From positions 55,659 to 99,718 of the forward strand of contig JAHDGS010000001.1 of NCBI GenBank assembly GCA_020627505.1: DNA of 44,060 nucleotides. The letters are read 5' to 3'. The DNA comes from Myxococcota bacterium. GTDB taxonomy: Bacteria; Myxococcota; UBA727; JAHDBA01. Positions 19,017 to 29,330 of the stretch are shown here, piece by piece; position 1 is the stretch's first letter, and each line of letters starts with the position of its first letter. A program made the position numbers and the translations under genes. The notes beneath the pieces are model-generated. The model was given only the letters and a program-made list of their open reading frames with translations. It had not been told where the DNA came from and made no database searches.

Positions 19017-19651
19017 ACTGACTCTAATTTAGGTTGATTGAAGTCGGTCAAACTTTTTGGGCTTGGTGGAAAATGTCCCCCCGATAGGGAAGGCATCTCA
19101 TACCATTGGTTTTCGTATTGGGCATACCAGGTCGTTAGATCAAATGAATAAAATCGAATCACGTGATGAACAGCACTGATATCTTCTAAACGCATTGTCA
19201 CATTCGGGGAGATATTCATATGTTGCAAACGTCTTTCAAGCGCCAACATAGAATCACCATGAACAGGGGTTATTTCCGTATCTAAGAAAATATTCAAGAA
19301 ACGTTCGACACGCCGTTTATCTAAATGAGATGGACGTGGGGCCAGCATTTGAAACGCATGATGCTCAGGCTCTTGTACGAGAATCATTGTGCCAAACATA
19401 TCAGAGCGAATATCAATATGACGAAAAGAACGTGTTTTCATTTCTTTCGTCAGGCATATCTTGCACGCAGTTCGCTGATTCGACGGCTTTCCATCAAGTT
19501 CATTTGAGTCTTCATTGGCCGCGTGCTGATCATTTGCACTTCGAACAATCGAATCTGAAACGAGCAGTTCAGGAAAAAAAGCTGAGATGATAACACTCAC
19601 TGTCCAGCCAATACTCAATAAAATCACAAGAAATCCTTGGCGGCGCAGCAT
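19010..19651 (-). CDS. Hypothetical membrane-anchored protein
   Basis: 213-aa ORF, N-terminal TM helix, downstream of gyrA. Confidence 0.7.
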   Translation of the reverse strand: MLRRQGFLVILLSIGWTVSVIISAFFPELLVSDSIVRSANDQHAANEDSNELDGKPSNQRTACKICLTKEMKTRSFRHIDIRSDMFGTMILVQEPEHHAFQMLAPRPSHLDKRRVERFLNIFLDTEITPVHGDSMLALERRLQHMNISPNVTMRLEDISAVHHVIRFYSFDLTTWYAQYENQWYEMPSLSGGHFPPSPKSLTDFNQPKLESVY

Positions 19652-19705
19652 CTGTTCACTCAGCTTTATTCGGTTGCATACGATTCATCAACGAACCAAT
19701 ATCAA

Positions 19706-22348
19706 TTAGTTCGACTGTTCGTCTAATTCATCATCGTTGACGATTCGTGCGACACCCACCACATGTTCACCCTGGTTAACATTCAGAATACGAACACCTT
19801 GTGTGTTTCGACCCATCACAGAAATCTCTTTTGCTGCAAGGCGAATGGCCTTGCCGCCGTTACTGACAGCCATCAGTTCGTCATGATCTGATGCATTGAT
19901 GACACCAGCAACGGCGCCATTTCGTTCCGTCGTTTTGATCGAAATCACACCCTTACCACCACGTCGCTGTGTCGGGTAATCAGTGATTGCTGTTCTCTTG
20001 CCATAACCATTCTCAGTCACAACCAACATCGGTGCTTCTTCATCAACGATGTTCATCGAAACCACCCGATCAGTCGCACTGAGCTCAATGCCTTTCACGC
20101 CTGTTGCCGTTCGCCCCATTTCGCGAACATCGGCTTCAGAGAATCGTATTGCTTGCCCACTCGTCGTGGTTAGCATGATTTCACTATCCCCCTTAGTAAT
20201 ATGCGCAGCAAGTAGATTATCTCCCTCTGCAACACCCGCACCAAGCAAACCAACACTTCGGGGGCGTGCATATTTGACTAAATCTGTCTTTTTGACTTTC
20301 CCGTTCACAGAGCAGGTCACGATAAATGCTTGCCCTTCCTCTTTCGGAAATTCTCGAACCGGTAATATCGCCTCAATTCGCTCGTCTTTATCGAGTTCAA
20401 CAAGATTGATAATTGGTCGACCTTTCGCAGTTGGAGAAGTCTCCGGAATACGATGAACTTTTAACCAGTATACTTTACCTTTATTGGTGAACAGCAATAG
20501 ATATGCGTGCGTCGATGCGACGAAAACATCTTTAACAAAGTCTTCATCCTTTGTCTTGGCAGCAGATCGTCCCTTCCCGCCACGTTTTTGCGCACTATAA
20601 ATGGCCAATTTAGAACGTTTAACGTACCCAAGATGAGACACCGTCACAACAGCATCTTCTTCTGCAATCAAATCTTCTAAATCAATATCTTCAACAGCCT
20701 CTGTGATCTCAGTCCGACGTGGCATCGCATACGAATCCCGAATCGTCACCATTTCTTCACGAATCACACCCATCAATGTTGGGAGGTCGCTAAGAATTTT
20801 TTTCAATCGAAGTACTTCTGTGAGTATCGTCTGGCCCTCTTCTGAGAGTTTATCCCGCTCTAAGCCAACGAGGCGGGACAGCCGCATTTCTAGAATAGCC
20901 GCAGCCTGGGTTTCATCAAGACGCGCAAAACCTTGTTTCAACCAACCGTCAACCTGGTCTGTCGGGCCATCAACAAATAAGGCTATCTTATTCACATTTG
21001 CAAGATCAGCTGTTTGCAATCGACTTTTAGCCTCTGCCGTTGTTTTTGAGCTCCGAATAATATCGATGACTTTATCGATGTCATCAAGTGCAACCAACAA
21101 ACCAGCAATAATATGAAATCTTTTCTGCGCTTCTTTAAGCTCATACCTCGAACGACGAGTGACCACTTCTCTTCTAAAATCAACAAACCGTTTTAATGTT
21201 TCAAGAAGAGAAAGAACTTTTGGCTGTCCATTCACAATTGCCAACATGTTGACCGGAAAACTCACCTGAAGTGCAGTGTGTTTATAGAGCTGATTCAGAA
21301 CAACATCAGCAACCGCATCACGTTTCAAATCGATGGCAATCTGCATACCATTTCGATCCGATTCGTCACGAATCTCCGCGATCCCTTCAATTTTCTTGTC
21401 ACGGGCAAGTTGTGCAATTTTTTCGACCAACTTCGCCTTATTCACCTGAAATGGAATTTCATTAATAATGATCTGGGTGCGCTTCGATTTTTCATTGTCG
21501 ACGATTTCTGCACGCCCACGCAATTTAATACTACCACGGCCCTTGGCGAATGCAGAGTAGATGCCGGCTCGCCCACATATCATTCCACCGGTCGGAAAAT
21601 CTGGCCCAGGAATACGCTGTAACAGACTGTCCATTGTCACTTCTTCGCCGCCAAAATAATCGGCATCGATCACATGCAAAAGCGCATCGATCACTTCACC
21701 CAGATTATGTGGTGGACAACGGGTCGCCATCGCCACCGCAATTCCCTCCGAACCATTCACCAATAAATTGGGGATGCGAGTCGGAAGAACCGAAGGTTCT
21801 TTGGTCGTGTCATCAAAGTTTGGAATGAAGTCGACCGTTTCTTTTTCGATGTCGCGAAGTAATTCTTCAGCAATTTTTTGAAGCTTTGACTCCGTATATC
21901 GATAAGCCGCAGCCGAATCACCATCGACAGAGCCAAAGTTGCCTTGGCCATCAATGAGTGGTGCACGCATATTCCACGGTTGTGCCATTCGAACTAAAGC
22001 ATCATATACTGCGGAGTCACCATGCGGGTGATATTTCTTAAGCACTTCACCGACCACACCCGCACACTTCGAATACTTACGGTTAGAGAGTAACCCCTCA
22101 CCATACATCGCGTATAAGATACGACGATGAACGGGCTTGAGCCCATCTCGAATATCAGGTAAAGCGCGACCAACGATCACACTCATTGAGTAGTCACGAT
22201 AGGATTGACGCATTTCCTGAACAATATTGATACTCGGAAACCCTGTTCCACTACCACTCGGCGTTCCTGGTGGCAATGTCACTCCACCTTGGTCGTCAGC
22301 AGCTTCAATAATTGTGTCAGGTGCGTTTTCTGTCAGCTCTGTGGTCAT
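19706..22348 (-). CDS. gyrA: DNA gyrase subunit A
   Basis: [34 protein letters not shown], GyrA-box QKRGGKG; start MTTELT avoids overlap with the upstream gene. Confidence 0.99.
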   Translation of the reverse strand: MTTELTENAPDTIIEAADDQGGVTLPPGTPSGSGTGFPSINIVQEMRQSYRDYSMSVIVGRALPDIRDGLKPVHRRILYAMYGEGLLSNRKYSKCAGVVGEVLKKYHPHGDSAVYDALVRMAQPWNMRAPLIDGQGNFGSVDGDSAAAYRYTESKLQKIAEELLRDIEKETVDFIPNFDDTTKEPSVLPTRIPNLLVNGSEGIAVAMATRCPPHNLGEVIDALLHVIDADYFGGEEVTMDSLLQRIPGPDFPTGGMICGRAGIYSAFAKGRGSIKLRGRAEIVDNEKSKRTQIIINEIPFQVNKAKLVEKIAQLARDKKIEGIAEIRDESDRNGMQIAIDLKRDAVADVVLNQLYKHTALQVSFPVNMLAIVNGQPKVLSLLETLKRFVDFRREVVTRRSRYELKEAQKRFHIIAGLLVALDDIDKVIDIIRSSKTTAEAKSRLQTADLANVNKIALFVDGPTDQVDGWLKQGFARLDETQAAAILEMRLSRLVGLERDKLSEEGQTILTEVLRLKKILSDLPTLMGVIREEMVTIRDSYAMPRRTEITEAVEDIDLEDLIAEEDAVVTVSHLGYVKRSKLAIYSAQKRGGKGRSAAKTKDEDFVKDVFVASTHAYLLLFTNKGKVYWLKVHRIPETSPTAKGRPIINLVELDKDERIEAILPVREFPKEEGQAFIVTCSVNGKVKKTDLVKYARPRSVGLLGAGVAEGDNLLAAHITKGDSEIMLTTTSGQAIRFSEADVREMGRTATGVKGIELSATDRVVSMNIVDEEAPMLVVTENGYGKRTAITDYPTQRRGGKGVISIKTTERNGAVAGVINASDHDELMAVSNGGKAIRLAAKEISVMGRNTQGVRILNVNQGEHVVGVARIVNDDELDEQSN

Positions 22349-22364
22349 GTTCTCAATGCCTTTA

Positions 22365-23513
22365 TTAAGATGTTGTATTACCTGTCGTCTTCGGACGCAC
22401 GTTCTTTTGCTCAGCTGCATCGTTCGATGCGACAGGCGCTTTCTTCGTGCCAAGTATTGACGTCTCGGTCAAACTAAGATCTGAATGAATTCCATCAATT
22501 TTGATATCCGCTCTTAGGCGCTCCAACAATGTACGCTGAGTCGTGCTACGATTACGAGCTAAGACTGTTTTCTCGACAGTCTCTCGAACTGCTTCAAACG
22601 TTTGTTCTTCACCAGGTTTTTTGTCAAAGACTTTGATCACATGATAACCGAATTTCGTTTTGACAGGGCCGACAACCTCACCGACTTTAGCCGCAAAAGC
22701 AACATCTTCAAACGGTTTAACCATTCTCCCCCTCGAAAATAACCCGAGGTCTCCTCCCTTGGAACGGCTCGGACCTTGTGAGTACTCATGTGCCAAGGCA
22801 GTAAAATCAGCACCAGGTTTTTTTGCGAGCTTCAAAATGTTTTTCGCTTTTTCAAGCGCATCTTTATCTGCTTTCGTTTTCGCTTTTTCAATATCATTTT
22901 CGCCTGTTGCCTTGATCGGTGCCGGCTTGATCAAGATATGACTTGCCTTCAAGCGATCTTTAATTTGATAACGTGTTTTATTCTCTTCAAAGTAACGGCG
23001 CAAATCAGCCTCTGTGACTTTCTCTACAGCCAATACGGCATCTAAAACACGATCTCGAACCAAACGTTCTGTCACATCTCGTTTAACATCTACATCTTGT
23101 TGCTCTGTTCGTTTCAAGAAATTTTGATATGCGGCCTCAGAACCATAACGCTTCTTTTGAGCACTAAATGCGGCTTCAATATCTTCAGGCGATGGGTACA
23201 CGTTTTTCTCTTTCGCGTATCGTTTCAACACATACATGTCGACAATTTTGCGCGCCAGGCTATTTTCAACACGCTTTTTAAGCGGCCCAACAACATCTCG
23301 ACGATTTTTCTGAAAACGCATGGTCGAACGCGCAAACATGGCATCAAATTCTGACTTCGAAACCACTTCTCCGTTAATACGAAAAGCGATTGCTTCCCCA
23401 TTCTCTGTGGTAGACGTCTGACGACCATCCACTTTTTTTTCTGATTGACTTGGACATCCTGCTAGTGTCAGCGTACCCAAAAAACATAAAACCAATAACC
23501 ATAAACGATTCAT
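22365..23513 (-). CDS. Parvulin (PpiC)-type peptidyl-prolyl isomerase lipoprotein (PrsA/SurA-like)
   Basis: LAGC lipobox; [32 protein letters not shown]. Confidence 0.95.
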   Translation of the reverse strand: MNRLWLLVLCFLGTLTLAGCPSQSEKKVDGRQTSTTENGEAIAFRINGEVVSKSEFDAMFARSTMRFQKNRRDVVGPLKKRVENSLARKIVDMYVLKRYAKEKNVYPSPEDIEAAFSAQKKRYGSEAAYQNFLKRTEQQDVDVKRDVTERLVRDRVLDAVLAVEKVTEADLRRYFEENKTRYQIKDRLKASHILIKPAPIKATGENDIEKAKTKADKDALEKAKNILKLAKKPGADFTALAHEYSQGPSRSKGGDLGLFSRGRMVKPFEDVAFAAKVGEVVGPVKTKFGYHVIKVFDKKPGEEQTFEAVRETVEKTVLARNRSTTQRTLLERLRADIKIDGIHSDLSLTETSILGTKKAPVASNDAAEQKNVRPKTTGNTTS

Positions 23514-23522
23514 TGTCGAACC

Positions 23523-24944
23523 TCACACATCAAAATACAAGTCATAATCAAGTGGCGTCGGCTGCAAGCGATTCTTATCAACCTCACTTTCACGCTTATA
23601 AGTCACCCACGACTCAATCAAATCTCGCGTAAATACGTTACCTTTCATTAAGAAATCACAATCTTCTAACAAACAGTCCAAAGCCTCATCAAGCGTCGAT
23701 GGCATTTGAGGAACATCCTTAAGCTCTTCTGGACTCAAACCATAAATATCTTTATCAAGCGCCTCACCTGGATCGATCTGGTTCTCAATGCCATCGATAC
23801 CAGCCATCATCAAAGCTGCAAAAGCGAGATACGGATTGGCTGAAGGGTCAGGAAAACGCGTTTCAATTCGAACGGCCTTCGGTGAAGACAATCCTACCGG
23901 AATGCGAATCGCGGCAGAACGGTTCCGCGCCGAATAAGCCAAATTAGTTGGCGCCTCATAGCCCGGAACAAGTCTTCTATAAGAATTAAGTGTCGGGTTT
24001 GTAAATGCAGCAAGCGCACGCGCATGTTTTAAGATACCACCAATATAATGTATGGCCATCTCAGAAAGACCACCATATCCCTCGCCAGCAAATAGAGGCT
24101 TTCCATCAACCCATAGTGATTGATGACAATGCATTCCTGAACCATTATCACCGGCAAGTGGCTTCGGCATAAATGTTGCGACTTTACCATAGGCTCGAGC
24201 CACGTTCTTCACTGTGTATTTCAGCCACATCGTTTTATCTGCACAGCGAGTTAATGTATCAAAACGAAAATCAATTTCTGCCTGACCTGCTGTCGCGACT
24301 TCGTGATGCTCTCGCTCGATTTGCAGACCAAGTCCATCTAGTAGTTCAACCATTTCGTGTCGAATGTTGGCCATGGAATCATGCGGCTGTACCGCGAAAT
24401 AACCGCCTTTGTGTGGCACTTTATAAGCGAGGTTTGGCTCCTCATTTGCACCGACATTCCATGCACCGACCTCTGAATCAACAGAGAAAAATGACTTGTT
24501 TGGTTTGACCTGGTAGCGAACGTCATCGAGTAAGAAGAACTCAGGTTCGGGCCCAAAAAAGACTTGATCAGCAATGCCCGTGCTTTTCAAAAATGCTTCA
24601 GCACGACGCGCAACTTGTCGCGGGTCTCTGTTATAGGGTTCTTTTGTAATCGGATCGAATACGTCACAAATCAGTGATAAAGTGACTGACTGGTAAAATG
24701 GGTCGATTTGTGCCGATTCTGGATCAGGGATTAAAAGCATGTCACTCGAATCGATCGATTTCCAACCACGACAACTTGAACCATCAAATCCCAAGCCATA
24801 TTCGAAGACGTCCTTAGACAATTGAGAAACGGGCGTTGAGAATCTTTGCCAGGCACCTAATAAATCAACAAATTTAAAATCAACCATTCTCACATGGTTT
24901 TCTTCAGCAAATTTCAAAACATCTGCAGCTGTTTTTATCGTCAC
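23523..24944 (-). CDS. glnA: Glutamine synthetase type I
   Basis: [40 protein letters not shown], adenylylation-type DKDIY; GTG start after AAGGAG. Confidence 0.99.
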   Translation of the reverse strand: MTIKTAADVLKFAEENHVRMVDFKFVDLLGAWQRFSTPVSQLSKDVFEYGLGFDGSSCRGWKSIDSSDMLLIPDPESAQIDPFYQSVTLSLICDVFDPITKEPYNRDPRQVARRAEAFLKSTGIADQVFFGPEPEFFLLDDVRYQVKPNKSFFSVDSEVGAWNVGANEEPNLAYKVPHKGGYFAVQPHDSMANIRHEMVELLDGLGLQIEREHHEVATAGQAEIDFRFDTLTRCADKTMWLKYTVKNVARAYGKVATFMPKPLAGDNGSGMHCHQSLWVDGKPLFAGEGYGGLSEMAIHYIGGILKHARALAAFTNPTLNSYRRLVPGYEAPTNLAYSARNRSAAIRIPVGLSSPKAVRIETRFPDPSANPYLAFAALMMAGIDGIENQIDPGEALDKDIYGLSPEELKDVPQMPSTLDEALDCLLEDCDFLMKGNVFTRDLIESWVTYKRESEVDKNRLQPTPLDYDLYFDV

Positions 24945-25062
24945 GATATACGCTCCTTGATCACCCCAAGCAGACAATTTTCAGGTCACTTTGTCAATGC
25001 GAAATTCCGGGAAATATCGCCCCTATCTTTTTGAAATATTTATTAAATTTAGTTCCTTAGGA

Positions 25063-25497
25063 TTAGAATGGTTTGACCTCAACCAAAATAATCGTTCCGA
25101 TCAAAATGAATACAGGAAGCTCATTAAAGATTCTAAAAAAACGATGTGTTTTGACGTTCTTTCCGTCACGGAAGGCAGCATAATATCGCCAACAAAAACC
25201 GTGATGAACCACGAGCAGAAATACAAGAAATAACTTTGCATGAAGCCATTTCATCTCTCTTAAATAGTTCAAACCACCGTAGCCCGCGATCAACCAAACA
25301 CCAAAAAAGATTGTCAAGATCGCACCTGGCGTCATAATTCCAAATAGTAGTTTTCGCTCCATCGTGACAAAGCGCGCATGTCCGACGCGATCATTCTCAG
25401 GGTTCATGGCATGATACACGAACAATCTCGGCAAGTAGAATATACCTGCCATCCAAGTCACCATAAAGATAATATGAAACGCTTTCACCCACAACAT
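25063..25497 (-). CDS. hemJ: Protoporphyrinogen IX oxidase HemJ
   Basis: WVKAFHII..V.WMAG.FYLPRLFVYH, MERKL, WLHAKL, FNELP, VKPF. Confidence 0.96.
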   Translation of the reverse strand: MLWVKAFHIIFMVTWMAGIFYLPRLFVYHAMNPENDRVGHARFVTMERKLLFGIMTPGAILTIFFGVWLIAGYGGLNYLREMKWLHAKLFLVFLLVVHHGFCWRYYAAFRDGKNVKTHRFFRIFNELPVFILIGTIILVEVKPF

Positions 25498-25570
25498 ATG
25501 ACTCTTTTATCACTAAAAGCACCAAAAACAACCATCTTTGAAACGCGTCAGTATTCCTCTTAGTTGAATT

Positions 25571-25599
25571 AAAAAATCCCTCGGATCGCGAGGGATTTT
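25571..25599. terminator. Intrinsic terminator (bidirectional shape) downstream of the 25621-26748 gene
   Basis: AAAATCCCTCG-GATCG-CGAGGGATTTT perfect stem with A/T tails. Confidence 0.8.
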
Positions 25600-25620
25600 A
25601 CAATGATCGTTGTTTTAAGA

Positions 25621-26748
25621 CTATTCAACTCTAGTCAAGCTGACAAGTAGATAGCTCAAACGTCCAGTATCGACCCCCCAATCCGTTGCCCGAAAGTGAT
25701 AAGTCGAGCCAATAGGCAGATTTAAAGCAGGTCGCATATCAAATGTCCCTTGGAAAATACGATCGTCAGGGTTTGGAGAACTATCAATATCCCAATAACC
25801 AAATTCGAAGCTTTCAAGTTCATCTATAGTAAATCCACTACGATTTTGGGTAGATGTTTCTGTTAGTTCTTCTTCAGTTGGATTGAGTGAACTGTACAAA
25901 ATCGTTTCAGCAGGCGCATTATATTCTTCATCATCCCAAACATATTCACCACCACCAAAACCATAAGAACAAATCCATAACGGAATCGTATTGCGTTGGT
26001 TTCTCACACAGAAAATTGGATCTGGATAATCATCTGTTGAGTCAACTGTATTGTTAAATCCATCCCACAGATCTTCTCCCTCTGCATCTGGTGTGGCCGC
26101 GATCTTATACAGCGTTGAAATAGCCCATCGTGACTCAGAATCAGGCCCATCAACGCAATAACTTGCAGTTGGAACAAAGTCGTTGTTCGTATATTCTTGT
26201 TCGTCTAACAATCGGCCATTTGATGCCAGGTATTGCATCCCTTCAATTGGGTCAGCAAGGCCATACATGACTTCACAGTTTTGGCCTAAACCACAATCTT
26301 CAGAACCTGTACATGATTGCATACATGTTGTTTGTTCAAAGAGTTCAGCGTTCGGATCATAGGCATCTGACACGACAGCACATACATTTGTTCCTCCCTG
26401 ACACCGGTTATCTAAATCACAAGCTTCACCGACTTCACGATCAAATACAGGGTCATTAACAACTGGCTCTTCAGGATCCTCAACCGGCACATCTTCAGGA
26501 ACCTCAACAGGCTCAGGTTCTGGTACTTCGGTTTCTTCTGGTGCTGGTGTTGTAATAACTGTTGTATCAGGCTCATCACCTGGACGGTCGATCTCTTCAT
26601 TCTCGTCAAGAACGTTGTCTGGTTCTGATGCTTCATCTTCATCCATGCCTGCATCAACAGCAACATCATCTGATGTACATGCAACAAAATAACCTTGTAT
26701 GCAAAAAACGGCAAGAATGCCTAAATATCTAATATGACTAACTTTCAT
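25621..26748 (-). CDS. Acidic lipoprotein with Pro/Glu linker and Cys-rich module
   Basis: GGAGG RBS; FVAC lipobox; PEPEPVEVPED linker; Cys-rich block; C-terminal DPIFCV...WDID..P.PDD segment. Confidence 0.88.
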   Translation of the reverse strand: MKVSHIRYLGILAVFCIQGYFVACTSDDVAVDAGMDEDEASEPDNVLDENEEIDRPGDEPDTTVITTPAPEETEVPEPEPVEVPEDVPVEDPEEPVVNDPVFDREVGEACDLDNRCQGGTNVCAVVSDAYDPNAELFEQTTCMQSCTGSEDCGLGQNCEVMYGLADPIEGMQYLASNGRLLDEQEYTNNDFVPTASYCVDGPDSESRWAISTLYKIAATPDAEGEDLWDGFNNTVDSTDDYPDPIFCVRNQRNTIPLWICSYGFGGGEYVWDDEEYNAPAETILYSSLNPTEEELTETSTQNRSGFTIDELESFEFGYWDIDSSPNPDDRIFQGTFDMRPALNLPIGSTYHFRATDWGVDTGRLSYLLVSLTRVE

Positions 26749-26866
26749 GTTTCCTCCACAAATTATGTGCCAAGTATCGCCTTAAGACTAAAGGAGTTGC
26801 TAAAAATATCAAATTTGTCATCAGATCTACTACACCATGTTGTTTTCGGTTGAATAAAGATGGGGC

Positions 26867-26895
26867 TTGCAACTATCTACATATATGCTTAGAAT
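26867..26895 (+). promoter_or_regulatory. Sigma70 promoter of rpmG
   Basis: TTGCAA-17 nt-TAGAAT, 28 nt upstream of ATG. Confidence 0.65.
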
Positions 26896-26923
26896 CGACG
26901 CTGATCTGGTATAGGAGGCCGAG

Positions 26924-27091
26924 ATGGCAAAAAGTGCACGAGAATTGATTAAACTGGAGTCAACAGCAGGTACAGGCTATTTCTACGTGACCGACAAAAA
27001 TAGAAAAACGTCTAAAGAAAAGTTGGTCCTTAAAAAATATGACCCGAAAGTCCGTAAGCATGTCGAATTCAAAGAAACAAAACTGAAGTAA
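26924..27091 (+). CDS. rpmG: 50S ribosomal protein L33, cysteine-free (C-minus) form; not in the ORF track
   Basis: Hand translation [55 protein letters not shown]; AGGAGG RBS. Confidence 0.98.
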   Translation: MAKSARELIKLESTAGTGYFYVTDKNRKTSKEKLVLKKYDPKVRKHVEFKETKLK

Positions 27092-27115
27092 GTTTTTTTA
27101 AAAATGAAATGACAT

Positions 27116-27145
27116 AAGGCTGCCTAGTGCAGCCTTTTGTTTTTC
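27116..27145 (+). terminator. Intrinsic terminator after rpmG
   Basis: AAGGCTGC-CTAGT-GCAGCCTT followed by a T-rich tail. Confidence 0.85.
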
Positions 27146-27179
27146 CTTTTTATTTAACAAGATAGCGAAATCTGTTAGA

Positions 27180-27194
27180 CGATAATCATTATCA
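27180..27194. promoter_or_regulatory. Fur-family box upstream of the lpdA RBS
   Basis: cGATAATcATTATCA, one mismatch to the 7-1-7 consensus TGATAATnATTATCA. Confidence 0.55.
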
Positions 27195-27206
27195 TTGGAG
27201 GATTTC

Positions 27207-28613
27207 ATGTCAGAAACACAATACGATATGGTTGTCATCGGCTCAGGACCGGGTGGATATGTGGCGGCAGCACGCGCTGCTTCAGTTGGCCTTAAAACAG
27301 CAATCGTCGAAAAAGATGGCTTTCTTGGTGGGACCTGTCTGCATCGTGGATGTATTCCAACAAAAGCATTGCTCCATGCGGCAGATGTTTACCATGAAAT
27401 CAAAGATGCCGCAAAGATTGGTGTTACCGCCGATGGTGTTCGTGTTGAATGGGATAAAGTTCAGAAGTACAAAAACCAGATTGTCAAAGCAAATGCAGGT
27501 GGTGTGTCTCACATTATGAAGCGTAAGAAAGTCGATGTCTTTCATGGCTTTGGTAAAATGAGTGGCGCACGCACGGTTGTTGTTGAACATGATGATGGCA
27601 ATGTGACACACCTCACAGCGAATAAGACAATCCTCGCTGTTGGATCGAAACCACGCGAACTTCCGTTTGCGAAATATGATGGCAAAACAATTATGAGTTC
27701 TGATCATATTCTAAATGTAGACCGCGTCCCGGGTACACTCACCATTATTGGTGGTGGTGTGATTGGGATTGAGTTTGCCTCGGTCTTTGCACGACTTGGA
27801 ACCAAAGTTACAGTCCTCGAAATGCTGCCTCAAGTTCTTGGCCCTGCCGATATCGATTGCTCGAACCTCTTAGCGAAAGAACTCAAGCGACAAGGTGTTG
27901 AAATCAAAACAAATGTCAAAGTCAGTGCAGTCAAAACCGATGGTGTGGCAGCAACAACAACATTTTCAGATTCAGAAGGTCATACGCACGAACTTGCGAC
28001 AGAGATTTGTCTCGTTGCCGCCGGTCGCCCCGCTCTGACACAAGGCATTGGGCTAGAGACGACACGTGCGGGTCTCGACGGACGAGGCTTCATCGAAGTC
28101 AACGGCATGATGGAAACAGCTGAGCCGGGCATTTATGCTATTGGTGATTGCGTGAATACGCCATGGCTCGCACACATCGCATCAGCTGAAGGAATAATCG
28201 CCGCAGAACATGCTGCCGGTATGACACCTGCCGCATTTAACTATGACTATACACCAAGCTGTGTCTACTCCGACCCGCCGATTGCTTGGTCAGGCCTAAC
28301 TGAAGCGCAAGCCAAAGAACAAGGCTATAATGTCAACATCGGTCGCTTTGATTTTAGTCATAATGCAAAAGCAATGATACTTGGCAAAAAAGCAGGTTTC
28401 GTCAAATTTGTCACAGACGCTGATTATGGTGAGATTCTTGGTGTCCATATTATTGGTCCAAACGCAACAGATCTCTTAGCAGAGCCTGCCTTCGCGATGC
28501 AGATGGAAACCACCATTGACGATATTGCGACAGCTGTTCATGCCCATCCCACAACATATGAAGCGATATATGAAGCGGCGTGTATTGCAGCGGGGCGACC
28601 GATTCACGGCTAA
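27207..28613 (+). CDS. lpdA: Dihydrolipoamide dehydrogenase (E3)
   Basis: GSGPGGYVAA, GGTCLHRGCIPTK, GGGVIGIE, HAHPT..E; GGAGG RBS. Confidence 0.97.
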   Translation: MSETQYDMVVIGSGPGGYVAAARAASVGLKTAIVEKDGFLGGTCLHRGCIPTKALLHAADVYHEIKDAAKIGVTADGVRVEWDKVQKYKNQIVKANAGGVSHIMKRKKVDVFHGFGKMSGARTVVVEHDDGNVTHLTANKTILAVGSKPRELPFAKYDGKTIMSSDHILNVDRVPGTLTIIGGGVIGIEFASVFARLGTKVTVLEMLPQVLGPADIDCSNLLAKELKRQGVEIKTNVKVSAVKTDGVAATTTFSDSEGHTHELATEICLVAAGRPALTQGIGLETTRAGLDGRGFIEVNGMMETAEPGIYAIGDCVNTPWLAHIASAEGIIAAEHAAGMTPAAFNYDYTPSCVYSDPPIAWSGLTEAQAKEQGYNVNIGRFDFSHNAKAMILGKKAGFVKFVTDADYGEILGVHIIGPNATDLLAEPAFAMQMETTIDDIATAVHAHPTTYEAIYEAACIAAGRPIHG

Positions 28614-28631
28614 AGCACTGACAGCGTGATA

Positions 28632-29330
28632 ATGAATCAGTCTACCATTCTTGTTGTTGATGACGATCCTGCGATTCGTGATGTCATCACATACGCCCTT
28701 GCGCGAGAAGGGTTTGAAGTGTGTGAAGCCCGAGATGGCCACGAAGCCATATCTCAATGGGAACATGTTCAACCAGCGTTGATTGTCCTCGACATCGGAT
28801 TACCTGAAAAAGATGGCTATTCGATTTGTCGCTCAATCAGAGCCCAGGCACAAACACCGATTATTTTCGTGTCTTCACGTGATGAGGAGCTCGATAAATT
28901 GTTGGGACTCGAAATGGGTGGTGATGATTATCTCACAAAACCATTCAGTCCGCGGGAGTTGGTTGCTCGGGTTAAAGCGGTTTTACGACGACTGCATGCC
29001 CCGACGCCGAAACCGGACACAAAGACACGACTGCAATTTGGGGAACTCATCCTCGATTCGCATACGTACGAAGTCTTCTGGGAAACGAATCCGATTGTTC
29101 TAACCGCAACAGAGTTTTCCATGCTTCGCTCTTTTATGGAGATGCCGCGAAAAGTCTTTTCTCGAAATGAGCTGATGGCGTCTGTTTATGGTTATGATGT
29201 TGTGGTCAGCGACCGTACTGTTGATAGTCATATTCGACGGCTCAGAAAAAAATGTGCTGCAGCAGGATGCGAAGCACTCATTCGTACACATCACGGAAAA
29301 GGTTATCAGTTAGCTGAACCCACCACATGA
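28632..29330 (+). CDS. OmpR-family response regulator, CreB-like
   Basis: VVDDD, LDIGLP, KPFSPRELVARV, DRTVDSHIRRLR; in operon with a kinase and creD. Confidence 0.93.
   Translation: MNQSTILVVDDDPAIRDVITYALAREGFEVCEARDGHEAISQWEHVQPALIVLDIGLPEKDGYSICRSIRAQAQTPIIFVSSRDEELDKLLGLEMGGDDYLTKPFSPRELVARVKAVLRRLHAPTPKPDTKTRLQFGELILDSHTYEVFWETNPIVLTATEFSMLRSFMEMPRKVFSRNELMASVYGYDVVVSDRTVDSHIRRLRKKCAAAGCEALIRTHHGKGYQLAEPTT

Noticed and set aside
20880-21030. Insertion in the GyrA coiled-coil region
   Set aside because: An insertion at this position is known in many proteobacterial GyrA proteins. There are no intein motifs, and the QRDR is wild-type (Ser/Asp).
22349-22453. Extended gyrA N-terminus from the ORF track (likewise the longer starts for dsbA, glnA, parD and the aaRS paralog)
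   Set aside because: The extensions overlap upstream genes or lack an RBS; downstream starts fit better.
24961-24969. TCACCCCAA in the glnA leader, complementary to the repeat's conserved box
   Set aside because: A single 9-mer has a fair chance of occurring at random in a window this size, and pairing does not extend.
26758-26773. Sigma54-like TGGCACA-TAAT-TTGT upstream of the 25621-26748 gene
   Set aside because: The -12 dinucleotide is GT, not GC, and the element abuts the RBS, leaving no room for a leader.
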